A DNA stretch of 64,000 nt from the NCBI GenBank assembly GCA_965227525.1, contig OZ245762.1, positions 3,515,641 to 3,579,640 on the forward strand. The letters run 5' to 3'. Under the pieces are notes generated by a model. That model was not told the origin of the DNA. It made no database searches and saw only the letters and a program-made list of their open reading frames with translations. The first letter of the stretch is position 1; each line of letters begins with the position of its first letter. A program made the position numbers and the translations under genes. The stretch is from Fulvivirga sp. Its GTDB lineage: Bacteria > Bacteroidota > Bacteroidia > Cytophagales > Cyclobacteriaceae. Shown here one piece after another: positions 1 to 8,874 of the stretch.

Positions 1-1
1 T

Positions 2-751
2 TTCATCAATGTAGATATGGGTGCCATAGCACCAACACTTTTTGAAAGTGAGCTATTTGGTCATGCAAAAGGGGCTTTTACAGATGCCAAAGAAGATAAA
101 CCGGGTCGTTTTGAAATAGCAGACAAGGGCACAATATTTCTAGATGAAATTGGAAACCTTTCTGTCCCACTTCAATCTAAACTTTTAACCGTTTTACAAA
201 ACAGAGCAATAAGTCGCGTGGGCTCCGCTAAACAAATGCAGATAGATTTTAGATTGGTTTGTGCTACAAATATGCCACTGCACGATATGATTGCCACAAA
301 ACAGTTTCGCCAGGATTTACTCTACAGGATTAACACAGTAGAAATACAAATTCCTGCGTTAAGAGAACGAGCAGAGGATATTCAGTTACTGGCCAATCAC
401 TTTTTACAACTATATAGCAGGAAGTATCAAAAAAAGGGTTTAACAATAACTCAAAGCGTAATGAAAGGCCTTCAGCAGTATCAATGGCCCGGTAATATCA
501 GGGAGTTGCAACACGCCATTGAACGTGCGGTCATATTATGTGAAAAGCCTGCAATGGATGAAATATCACTATTCTTGACTTCCAACACCAATTTATCAAC
601 TACAAACGCTACTACGCTTGATGACATGGAGAAAAATTTCATCATTAAATCACTCAATGAACATAATGGTAATGTGACTCAAACTGCAACAACACTTGGG
701 TTGACCAGAACAGCCCTGTATCGCAGAATGAAAAAGTATAGCATTCAGTAG
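2..751 (+). CDS. Sigma-54-interacting (NtrC-family) response regulator, 5'-truncated by window edge
   Basis: Frame is open from base 2 (FINVDMGAI...). ESELFGH-x-KGAFTDA motif, Walker B FLDEIG, QDLLYRINT, WPGNIREL and C-terminal Fis HTH (LGLTRTALYRRMKKY). Confidence 0.93.
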   Translation, partial: FINVDMGAIAPTLFESELFGHAKGAFTDAKEDKPGRFEIADKGTIFLDEIGNLSVPLQSKLLTVLQNRAISRVGSAKQMQIDFRLVCATNMPLHDMIATKQFRQDLLYRINTVEIQIPALRERAEDIQLLANHFLQLYSRKYQKKGLTITQSVMKGLQQYQWPGNIRELQHAIERAVILCEKPAMDEISLFLTSNTNLSTTNATTLDDMEKNFIIKSLNEHNGNVTQTATTLGLTRTALYRRMKKYSIQ

Positions 752-831
752 TAATGGAAACAAGCTTCTAAATAATGCTACTCTATGATTTTAAAACTAA
801 CTTGAGTTATCATAAAAATAAAAATCAGCTT

Positions 832-1344
832 ATGAAAATATTCTTATCAACAGCTATCATCATCTCCGGCATGTTTGTCGCCAATGCTCAAAGTAAAGAC
901 TATACAGCTGATGTACAGTCAGTAGATGCTATTATGGCTGCCATTTATGACGTCATTTCGGGAGATGCAAACACACAAAGAGACTGGGAGCGATTTCATT
1001 ATTTGTTTACCAGAGATGCAAAACTCATACCCACAGGCAAATCTCAAGATGGCTCAGTTAACTATAGATACTGGACGCCCAAAGAATATCAGGAAATGTT
1101 TACCGCGAATCGTACTGCCTTTTTTGAGCGCGAGCTCTATCGTAAAACTGAAGAGTATGGCAATATTGTCCATGTTTTCAGCACTTACGAAACGTTAAAC
1201 ACACCGGATGGTGAAGTGACCAATCGCGGTATCAATAGCTTTCAACTACTCAAAGGAAAGGATCGTTACTTTATAATGAATATTTTTTGGAGTTCAGAAA
1301 ACGATGGTCATCCTCTACCTGCTAAATATTTACCTAAGCAATAG
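832..1344 (+). CDS. Secreted SnoaL/NTF2-like hypothetical protein
   Basis: Signal-peptide-like MKIFLSTAIIISGMFVANAQ starts at ATG 832 (ORF open from 775). YDVISG..RDWERF, YGNIVHVFSTYE and RGINSFQL are typical of a widespread NTF2-like family. Confidence 0.7.
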   Translation: MKIFLSTAIIISGMFVANAQSKDYTADVQSVDAIMAAIYDVISGDANTQRDWERFHYLFTRDAKLIPTGKSQDGSVNYRYWTPKEYQEMFTANRTAFFERELYRKTEEYGNIVHVFSTYETLNTPDGEVTNRGINSFQLLKGKDRYFIMNIFWSSENDGHPLPAKYLPKQ

Positions 1345-1396
1345 TGTACCTTTTGAGGTCATAATTGATTATGAATGGTAACCAAACAAATCAAGC

Positions 1397-1714
1397 ATGA
1401 TTTACCTGATATTAATTGCCTCATTATTTTCGTCACCCAAAGAATTTACCCTTCTCATTGATGGAGAGAAAGAACTAAATCTTGCCAAAACGGAAGAACT
1501 TATATCACCTCTTAGCGTTGAACTAAGACATGAGAAAAGACTGAAAGTAACCTATGCCCTTTCTAAGGGTGGACGAAAACTATTTTCTACAGACACTCAT
1601 ACCAACGAAGTTTTAAAGCTCAACAGAGTTGAAGACGCTGACAACTTATCCATCACGATTTACCATCCGCAACGAAAAATTGTTCATCGCATCAAATTGT
1701 TGCGTAGTAAATAG
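1397..1714 (+). CDS. Hypothetical protein (105 aa)
   Basis: ORF fills the gap between co-directional genes and has a hydrophobic N-terminus. No recognisable motif. Confidence 0.45.
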   Translation: MIYLILIASLFSSPKEFTLLIDGEKELNLAKTEELISPLSVELRHEKRLKVTYALSKGGRKLFSTDTHTNEVLKLNRVEDADNLSITIYHPQRKIVHRIKLLRSK

Positions 1715-1763
1715 AGCTCGAGTTTGTTTTAAAACTTGGAAAAAGTGAATTTGGAACCTTATT

Positions 1764-3092
1764 ATGAGGTTCTATAAAAAATTTACTTTTAAAACAGGGC
1801 TGCGACTATTGCTAATTCTTAGCAATATGGTGGTGTTATCATACATTTTTGGAGATGACCGCCTATTCTTTAACCAGATCATTCTATCAGTAATTCTGAT
1901 CTTACAAATTATAGAACTCTTTAGGTATGTTAGTAAAACCAATAAAGAGCTCGCCAAATTTATACTTGCTATAAAACACAGCGACTTTTCCATCAATTTT
2001 AATCAACATCGTGTGGGCGACTCATTCGACATTCTCACAGAATCATTTGAGGCCATAATTGATCAATATAAAAAAGCCAAAATAGAAAAGGAAGCTCAGT
2101 TTCAATATTTACGTACCGTGGTAAGTCACATCAATGTCGGCATTATTTCAATAGAAAATGAAGTAGATATAACCCTTATGAATACGACTGCCGAACAGCT
2201 TCTTGGGGTCTCTGGCATTAAAAACTGGGCCATCTTAAAAGAAAAAGTACCCATATTTACTCATCAGGTTGAGGAGCTATTTCCTGAAGGTCAAAGACTT
2301 ATTGAATTCCGTAATAAAGACTATTCAACATTTTCTGTTGATGTAAGCTCCGTGATCTTAATGGAGAAAAATTACATACTCATTACACTCAAAGACATAA
2401 AAAACGAGATTGAACAAAAGGAAATTGAAGCCTGGCACAAACTCATAAGAATATTAACGCATGAAATTATGAACTCTGCCACTCCTATTAGTTCTCTTAC
2501 TGAAACGATGCAAGACATGCTTGACAAAGGCACTCCTAGTGAAGAAACCATCAATGATCTAAAGTTTTCTCTTAAAACCATTCAACGTAGAAGCGATGGA
2601 ATGTTAAGTTTTATCGATGACTATAGAAAAATTACCCGGGTGCCTAAACCTGTACTTGAAACAAAAGATCTTAAAGATATAGTAGATGAGATAGCAACAC
2701 TGACAAAAGCTGAGCTAAAGGCGAATAATATTAAACTGAAGATTGAAGTAGAATCGCAACCATTAAATATTGATGCTAAACTCATTGAGCAGGTACTGAT
2801 TAACCTGATTAAAAATGCACAGCAAGCACTTTCTGGCAGCAAAAATGGCATCATTACCATTCATACCAAATTGACAGCTTCCCATACACACCTCATCATT
2901 TCAGACAACGGCCCTGGCATACCGGATAAAGTGCTTCCAGAAATTTTCATTCCTTTTTACACCACAAAAAAGCAAGGATCAGGTATAGGCCTTAGTCTAT
3001 CCAAACAAATAATGCATATGCATGGGGGGTCGATAAAAGTAAACTCTTCTAAGTCTTCTGGCGCAGAATTTATTCTCGTATTTGATAACTGA
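1764..3092 (+). CDS. Sensor histidine kinase (NtrY-like, PAS + HisKA + HATPase)
   Basis: Two N-terminal TM segments, H-box LTHEIMNS, N-box QVLINLIKNA, G1 DNGPGI, F-box IFIPFYTTK, G2 GSGIGLSL. Confidence 0.93.
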   Translation: MRFYKKFTFKTGLRLLLILSNMVVLSYIFGDDRLFFNQIILSVILILQIIELFRYVSKTNKELAKFILAIKHSDFSINFNQHRVGDSFDILTESFEAIIDQYKKAKIEKEAQFQYLRTVVSHINVGIISIENEVDITLMNTTAEQLLGVSGIKNWAILKEKVPIFTHQVEELFPEGQRLIEFRNKDYSTFSVDVSSVILMEKNYILITLKDIKNEIEQKEIEAWHKLIRILTHEIMNSATPISSLTETMQDMLDKGTPSEETINDLKFSLKTIQRRSDGMLSFIDDYRKITRVPKPVLETKDLKDIVDEIATLTKAELKANNIKLKIEVESQPLNIDAKLIEQVLINLIKNAQQALSGSKNGIITIHTKLTASHTHLIISDNGPGIPDKVLPEIFIPFYTTKKQGSGIGLSLSKQIMHMHGGSIKVNSSKSSGAEFILVFDN

Positions 3093-3355
3093 AATCCAAA
3101 AAATGAATTTTAATCGTATATCTTACATACTAATAAAGGCGATAAATTCATCAATATAGGTTAAAAACTTGTTTTATAAAGGATTGATTAATTATATTCA
3201 CGCGTTTTTAAATATTTCTTACATACATAAGTTATATCTCATAAAGAGATGTATATATTCCCATTTTGGGATACGATTTTGGGATTAAAGTACTATATTG
3301 AAAGATTTTGAGGCATGGTGTAAAATTTGTCTATGGCTCATTAAACTAGTTGGCT

Positions 3356-6300
3356 ATGAAAAGACCTGTAATACTACTATCGTTTTCTCTATTTCTAATC
3401 GGATCCACGCTATTAGCTCAACCTGCAAACGATGATTTTGCAAATGCAATTGATATCACATCAATCATAAATAGTTGCTCAACTGATGCAGCATATACCA
3501 CCATTGGAGCAACAGGTGATTTAAATGAAGGCTCGTGTCATAATGTACAAGGTGGTGGCCCGAGGTTTAATGTTTGGTTTTCGTTTACCGCACCAACTTC
3601 CGGTGAAATAAATGTCACAGTTGATATAAATGGAACTAAAGGCACCCAACGTTACACTCAGGCTGCTATTTGGGAAAGCGATGGTACTACTGAAGTGGCT
3701 TGTAAAAGATATCAGGTAACCACGGAAGATGTGGTTGTTGGAGCTACTTCTCTTACACCAGGCAACACCTACTACATTACAGTTGATACCTACAACACCA
3801 ACACAGATGGGACTTTTACACTATGCCTGGCTGACGCTGTAGATTATGACTATTATGAAGGTGCAATTGATGTCACTGGACTAATTAACTCATGTTCAGC
3901 TGATGCAGCTTACACCACCATCGGGGCAAGTGGTGATCGCAATGAAGGATCGTGTCACAATGTACAAGGGGGTGGTCCCAGATTTAATAGATGGTTTTCA
4001 TTTACTGCGCCTGCCTCCGGGCAAATCGATGTAACAGTTGACATCGGTGGCTCAAAAGGAACACAAACCTACTCACAGGCTGCTATTTGGGACAGTGATG
4101 GAACAACCGAAATAGCTTGTAAAAGATATCAAATCACTTCAGAAGATGTGGTTGTTGGGGCTACTACTCTTACACCAGGTAACACCTACTACATAACAGT
4201 TGATACCTACAACACCAACACAGATGGGACTTTTACATTATGCCTGGCTGACGCAGTGGACTATGACTATTTTGAAGGTGCAATTGATGTTACAGGTCTT
4301 ATAAATTCATGCTCAGCTGATGCAGCTTATACCACCATCGGGGCCAGTGGGGATCGCAATGAAGGTTCGTGTCACAATGTGCAAGGTGGTGGTCCCAGAT
4401 TTAATAGATGGTTTTCATTTACCGCTCCTGCCTCCGGGCAAATAGATGTAACAGTTGACATCGGTGGTTCAAAAGGAACTCAAACCTATACACAAGCTGC
4501 TATTTGGGAAGGTGATGGAACAACCGAAATAGCTTGTAAAAGATATCAAATCACTTCAGAAGATGTGGTTGTTGCCGCTACAACTCTTACACCGGGAAAT
4601 ACCTACTATATAACGGTTGATACATACAACACCAACACTGATGGCTCTTTTTCGCTATGTCTGGCTGACGCTGTAGATTATGACTATTATGAAGGTGCTA
4701 TTGATGTAACAGGGATTATCAACTCATGCTCCGCTGATGCAGCTTATACCACCATCGGGGCCAGTGGGGATCGCAATGAAGGTTCGTGTCACAATGTGCA
4801 AGGTGGTGGCCCCGGATTTAACAGATGGTTTTCATTCACAGCCCCAGCTTCTGGGCAGATTAATGTTACCGTAGACATAGGTGGCTCAAAAGGAACTCAA
4901 ACCTATACTCAGGCTGCTATTTGGGAAAGTGATGGAACTACCGAAGTAGCTTGTAAAAGATATCAAATCACTTCAGAAGATGTGGTTGTTGGGGCTACAA
5001 CTCTTACACCAGGCAATACCTACTACGTCACAGTAGATACCTACAACACAAATACAGACGGTACCTTTTCGCTTTGTCTAACGGATGCTGTTGATTATGA
5101 TTATTATGAAGGTGCTATCGATGTAACTGGCCTTATTAACTCATGCTCTGCAGATGCAGCTTATACAACCATCGGTGCTAGTGGGGATCGCAATGAAGGT
5201 TCGTGTCATAATGTACAAGGCGGTGGTCCCAGGTTTAACAGATGGTTTTCTTTCACAGCCCCAGCTTCCGGGCAGATTAATGTAACTGTAGACAGAGGTG
5301 GTGCGAAGGGTACACAAACCTATACTCAGGCTGCTATTTGGGATAGTGATGGAACAACCGAAATAGCTTGTAAAAGATATCAAATCACTTCAGAAGACGT
5401 AGTAGTTGGGGCTACAACTCTTACACCGGGCAATACCTATTATGTTACTGTAGACACCTACAACACAAATACAGATGGCACTTTTACTCTATGCCTCTCA
5501 GATGCTGTAGATTATGATTACTACGAAGGCGCAATTGAAATAGCTGACATTAATAATTGGTGTTCTGCTGATGCCGCATACACAACAATTGGTGCAAGCG
5601 GAGACCGAAATGAAGGCTCATGTCATAATGTACAAGGTGGTGGCCCGAGGTTTAATCGGTGGTTCTATTTTACCGCTACTACAAACTTTATCGACATACT
5701 GGTTGATATCAATGGAACAAAAGGTAACCAAAGATATACACAAGTAGCAATATGGGAGGCAGACGGCACGACAGAAGTTGCTTGCAAACGGTATCAGGTT
5801 ACTACAGAAGATGTAAAAGTAGGGTCAGTTTCTCTCACCCCAGGAAATCGCTATTATATAACAGTAGATACATATAATACAAATACCGATGGCACCTTTA
5901 CCTTATGTGTAAATGACGAACCTGATTATGACTTTTACGAAGGAGCTGTTGAACTTACCGACTTAGATAATTGGTGCTCTGCTGATGCAGCCTTTACGAC
6001 CATCGGTGCTAGTGGTGACAGAAATGAAGGCTCCTGCCACAATGTACAAGGTGGAGGACCCAGATTTAACAGATGGTTTTACTTCACTGCTCTCACCAGT
6101 AACGCAACAATTACCGTAGATCGTGGTGGCGCGCAAGGCTCACAAACATATACTCAACTGGCATTATGGGAAGCAGATGGCACAACAGAAGTTGATTGTA
6201 ACCGCTATGTAGCTACAGGAGATGATGTAACCATAGTCACATCTGGCCTCGTGCCAGGCGATGTCTACTACATCACTGTTGACACCTATAACACCAATAC

Positions 6301-8269
6301 CGATGGTACATTTACCCTATGTATAGATAATGTAGACCAAACATACTATTCTATTGCCAGCGGTGCCTGGAATAGCGGAACTAATTGGTCGTTAGCCAGC
6401 CATGCTGGTCCTGCCGCTGGTTCTTATCCTGACATTGGAGATGTGGCCAACATTGAAGGTCATACCATGACAGTAACTGCTACCGAAACAATGGCTGTTG
6501 TAAATATCAATGCTGCCAGTAACAATACTGGGCTAACTGTCAGCAACGGTACACTTAATGTTTCTGGACCATTTAACATGACTAATTCAGGTAATAACTT
6601 TAATATCGCACTGACTGTTTCAAACAGCACACTTACCATCAGTGATGGACTTACCATTAACAGAAATGGAGGAACCGCAACCATATCCAGCACAATAACT
6701 AACTCCACAGTTAATATTTCACGCGATCTTGTTGTTAATTCTTCTGCAGGCAGCGGTGATAATACGATTAATATTAGCAATTTATCTGATGTCACCATTG
6801 GTAGAGAGCTTACTCTTAACAATACTGGTGGGCCAAAATCTACCATCTCTGTAGACAACTCAGACCTAACAATTGATGACCATGTGAATTTTATTGCAGC
6901 AGCAGATGATATGGTAGAAATAGCATTATCCACTACTGCCGATTTATTTTTAGGACACAATGTTGTTCGTGGAACACCTGCCTACGGAATATTAAGTAGT
7001 TCAGGTAACTCTCGTGTACATTATGCAAGTAGTGACAACTTACAAACCATGGCCGCCAATGCCGGTAGTGGCACAGGAGATGACATTACATACGAGCATG
7101 TTATCATCAACAATAGTCGATTAACTTCCCCACAGGTAACTTTAGAGGGCGATGTAAGCATATCAGAGACATTGACATTAACAGATGGTGTATTATTATC
7201 TTCAGGAAGCAGCTTACTGACTTTCCTTGATGGATCGTCTGTGAGTGGAGGCTCTGATGATAGTTTTATTCAAGGACTTATGAGAAAAATTGGCAATACA
7301 GCATTTACGTTTCAAGTTGGAGATAATAGCAAATGGGCACCGATTGCTATTGCCAACCTAACTGGTGATGCGGCCACAGAGTTTTTTGCAGAATATCATC
7401 ATAACGCCTATGTAGACATAAGTAATTTCAGATCTCCGGATCCTAATGGTGTTTTAACTAATGTCAGCACGATTGAATATTGGACATTAGATCAAGCTGG
7501 CACTGCGTCTAGTGCAGATGTCACATTACACTGGAAAAATCAAAGTGAAAGTGGTATTACAGACTACGCTGACCTTGAAATCGCACATTACAATACAGCC
7601 ACTATGGAATGGGAGAATTATGGGCAGGATAATATTCAAATGACAGACCCTGGTAGTATCACGGTAAGCGGGGTTTCAAACTTTAGCCCTTTTACTTTTG
7701 GATCTACCGGTAGCAACCCACTTCCAGTTGAGCTGATCTCATTTGACTACGAGTCAGCAGGCAACGGAATCAATCTTTTATGGACAACGGCCACTGAGCT
7801 TAACAATGATCTCTTTGAAATCGAACGTAGTCTGGATGGTAAAAAATTCAACAAAATTGGTATAGTTGAAGGGTATGGAAACTCAACAAGTCGCATAGAG
7901 TACGAGTATCTTGATACAAACCCATACCTTGGAGGTGCCTACTACAGACTAAAACAAATAGATTTTGACGGAACATATAGTTACTCCAAGTCTATTAATG
8001 TAATCAATAACTCAGGTTCATTTGCAGTCTTTCCAAACCCGGCTCTCAATGGTACATTGAATGTAGCCTTAAATACCGGTGCAGAAGGTATCATAACAAT
8101 AAAGCTTATTGATGCCAGAGGAAGCATTGTCTTTTATAATGAGTATACCGAAGAACCTGGTAAAATGGCACAGATGAAAATAGATGTTACCGATATGAAA
8201 TCAGGCCTCTATGTGTTAAAAGCACAGGTCGATAACACAAATATTGTGAAAAGAGTGATGATAAAATGA
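3356..8269 (+). CDS. Large T9SS-secreted surface protein: 7 tandem Cys-rich repeats, beta-rich stalk, PVEL Ig-like domain and type A CTD
   Basis: Signal peptide MKRPVILL...LLAQ (ATG 3356; TTG 3350 in frame). Seven NEGSCHNVQGGGP units, NPLPVELISF motif, and C-terminal FPNPA...GLYVLK...KRVMIK sorting domain. Confidence 0.9.
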   Translation: MKRPVILLSFSLFLIGSTLLAQPANDDFANAIDITSIINSCSTDAAYTTIGATGDLNEGSCHNVQGGGPRFNVWFSFTAPTSGEINVTVDINGTKGTQRYTQAAIWESDGTTEVACKRYQVTTEDVVVGATSLTPGNTYYITVDTYNTNTDGTFTLCLADAVDYDYYEGAIDVTGLINSCSADAAYTTIGASGDRNEGSCHNVQGGGPRFNRWFSFTAPASGQIDVTVDIGGSKGTQTYSQAAIWDSDGTTEIACKRYQITSEDVVVGATTLTPGNTYYITVDTYNTNTDGTFTLCLADAVDYDYFEGAIDVTGLINSCSADAAYTTIGASGDRNEGSCHNVQGGGPRFNRWFSFTAPASGQIDVTVDIGGSKGTQTYTQAAIWEGDGTTEIACKRYQITSEDVVVAATTLTPGNTYYITVDTYNTNTDGSFSLCLADAVDYDYYEGAIDVTGIINSCSADAAYTTIGASGDRNEGSCHNVQGGGPGFNRWFSFTAPASGQINVTVDIGGSKGTQTYTQAAIWESDGTTEVACKRYQITSEDVVVGATTLTPGNTYYVTVDTYNTNTDGTFSLCLTDAVDYDYYEGAIDVTGLINSCSADAAYTTIGASGDRNEGSCHNVQGGGPRFNRWFSFTAPASGQINVTVDRGGAKGTQTYTQAAIWDSDGTTEIACKRYQITSEDVVVGATTLTPGNTYYVTVDTYNTNTDGTFTLCLSDAVDYDYYEGAIEIADINNWCSADAAYTTIGASGDRNEGSCHNVQGGGPRFNRWFYFTATTNFIDILVDINGTKGNQRYTQVAIWEADGTTEVACKRYQVTTEDVKVGSVSLTPGNRYYITVDTYNTNTDGTFTLCVNDEPDYDFYEGAVELTDLDNWCSADAAFTTIGASGDRNEGSCHNVQGGGPRFNRWFYFTALTSNATITVDRGGAQGSQTYTQLALWEADGTTEVDCNRYVATGDDVTIVTSGLVPGDVYYITVDTYNTNTDGTFTLCIDNVDQTYYSIASGAWNSGTNWSLASHAGPAAGSYPDIGDVANIEGHTMTVTATETMAVVNINAASNNTGLTVSNGTLNVSGPFNMTNSGNNFNIALTVSNSTLTISDGLTINRNGGTATISSTITNSTVNISRDLVVNSSAGSGDNTINISNLSDVTIGRELTLNNTGGPKSTISVDNSDLTIDDHVNFIAAADDMVEIALSTTADLFLGHNVVRGTPAYGILSSSGNSRVHYASSDNLQTMAANAGSGTGDDITYEHVIINNSRLTSPQVTLEGDVSISETLTLTDGVLLSSGSSLLTFLDGSSVSGGSDDSFIQGLMRKIGNTAFTFQVGDNSKWAPIAIANLTGDAATEFFAEYHHNAYVDISNFRSPDPNGVLTNVSTIEYWTLDQAGTASSADVTLHWKNQSESGITDYADLEIAHYNTATMEWENYGQDNIQMTDPGSITVSGVSNFSPFTFGSTGSNPLPVELISFDYESAGNGINLLWTTATELNNDLFEIERSLDGKKFNKIGIVEGYGNSTSRIEYEYLDTNPYLGGAYYRLKQIDFDGTYSYSKSINVINNSGSFAVFPNPALNGTLNVALNTGAEGIITIKLIDARGSIVFYNEYTEEPGKMAQMKIDVTDMKSGLYVLKAQVDNTNIVKRVMIK
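3428..6337 (+). repeat. Seven intragenic tandem repeats, period 417 nt (139 aa); last interval 414 nt
   Basis: The Asn codon of NEGSCH lies at 3524, 3941, 4358, 4775, 5192, 5609 and 6023. Confidence 0.97.
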
Positions 8270-8760
8270 CCAATTGGAGCACATTCACAAAAAAGATTGC
8301 AGTAGCTGCACCTTTAGAAAAAGTATACCAAGCCTGGTCTACACAGAGCGGCATCGAAAGCTGGTTTTTACGAAGAGCAATATATACTACCAAAGACGGT
8401 AACAAAAGGAAACCGTATGACTCAATCGCGGCTGGCGATACTTATGTTTGGCATTGGCATGGCTTTCCTGACAGCGTTAAAGAATCTCACGAAATAGTTG
8501 CAGCAAATGGTAAGGACGAAATCAAATTTTACTTTACTACCAAATGTTTGGTTACAGTATCGCTCAACTCTTTTAAAAATCAAACCATAGTAAGCCTCAC
8601 GCAAGAAAACATACCTGAAGATAATAATCCGAAAACTAATTTATTGGTCGGGTGTGGCGAAGGCTGGACCTTTTATCTCGCCAACCTCAAATCTATTCTT
8701 GAAGGTGGTATCGACCTACGAAACAAAGATGAGCAGATTATGGGCGTAATTAACTCTTAG
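8266..8760 (+). CDS. SRPBCC/AHSA1-like domain protein
   Basis: IAVAAPLEKVYQAWST...WF, and GWTFYLANLKSILEGG terminal helix. ATGA overlap with the upstream gene. Confidence 0.85.
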   Translation: MTNWSTFTKKIAVAAPLEKVYQAWSTQSGIESWFLRRAIYTTKDGNKRKPYDSIAAGDTYVWHWHGFPDSVKESHEIVAANGKDEIKFYFTTKCLVTVSLNSFKNQTIVSLTQENIPEDNNPKTNLLVGCGEGWTFYLANLKSILEGGIDLRNKDEQIMGVINS

Positions 8761-8838
8761 AGGTTTCCTTTTAATTGCTCAATCGACCACTAATCAGTAT
8801 TTAGCTTACATCTAAAGGCCATTACGGCTATCAAAGGT

Positions 8839-8846
8839 TATCTTTA
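8839..8846 (+). promoter_or_regulatory. Putative Bacteroidota -7 promoter element (TATCTTTA)
   Basis: One mismatch to TAnnTTTG, about 30 nt upstream of the M16 peptidase ATG. Confidence 0.45.
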
Positions 8847-8874
8847 ATGCTTAAATCCTAAATTAAACATAACC

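Noticed and set aside
65-82. GAFTDA instead of canonical GAFTGA in the sigma-54 activator
   Set aside because: This variant is common in this Bacteroidota subfamily and is not evidence of inactivation.
3428-6337. Regular repeats as a possible CRISPR array
   Set aside because: The period is 417 nt, in frame inside one ORF, with no unique spacers and no cas genes.
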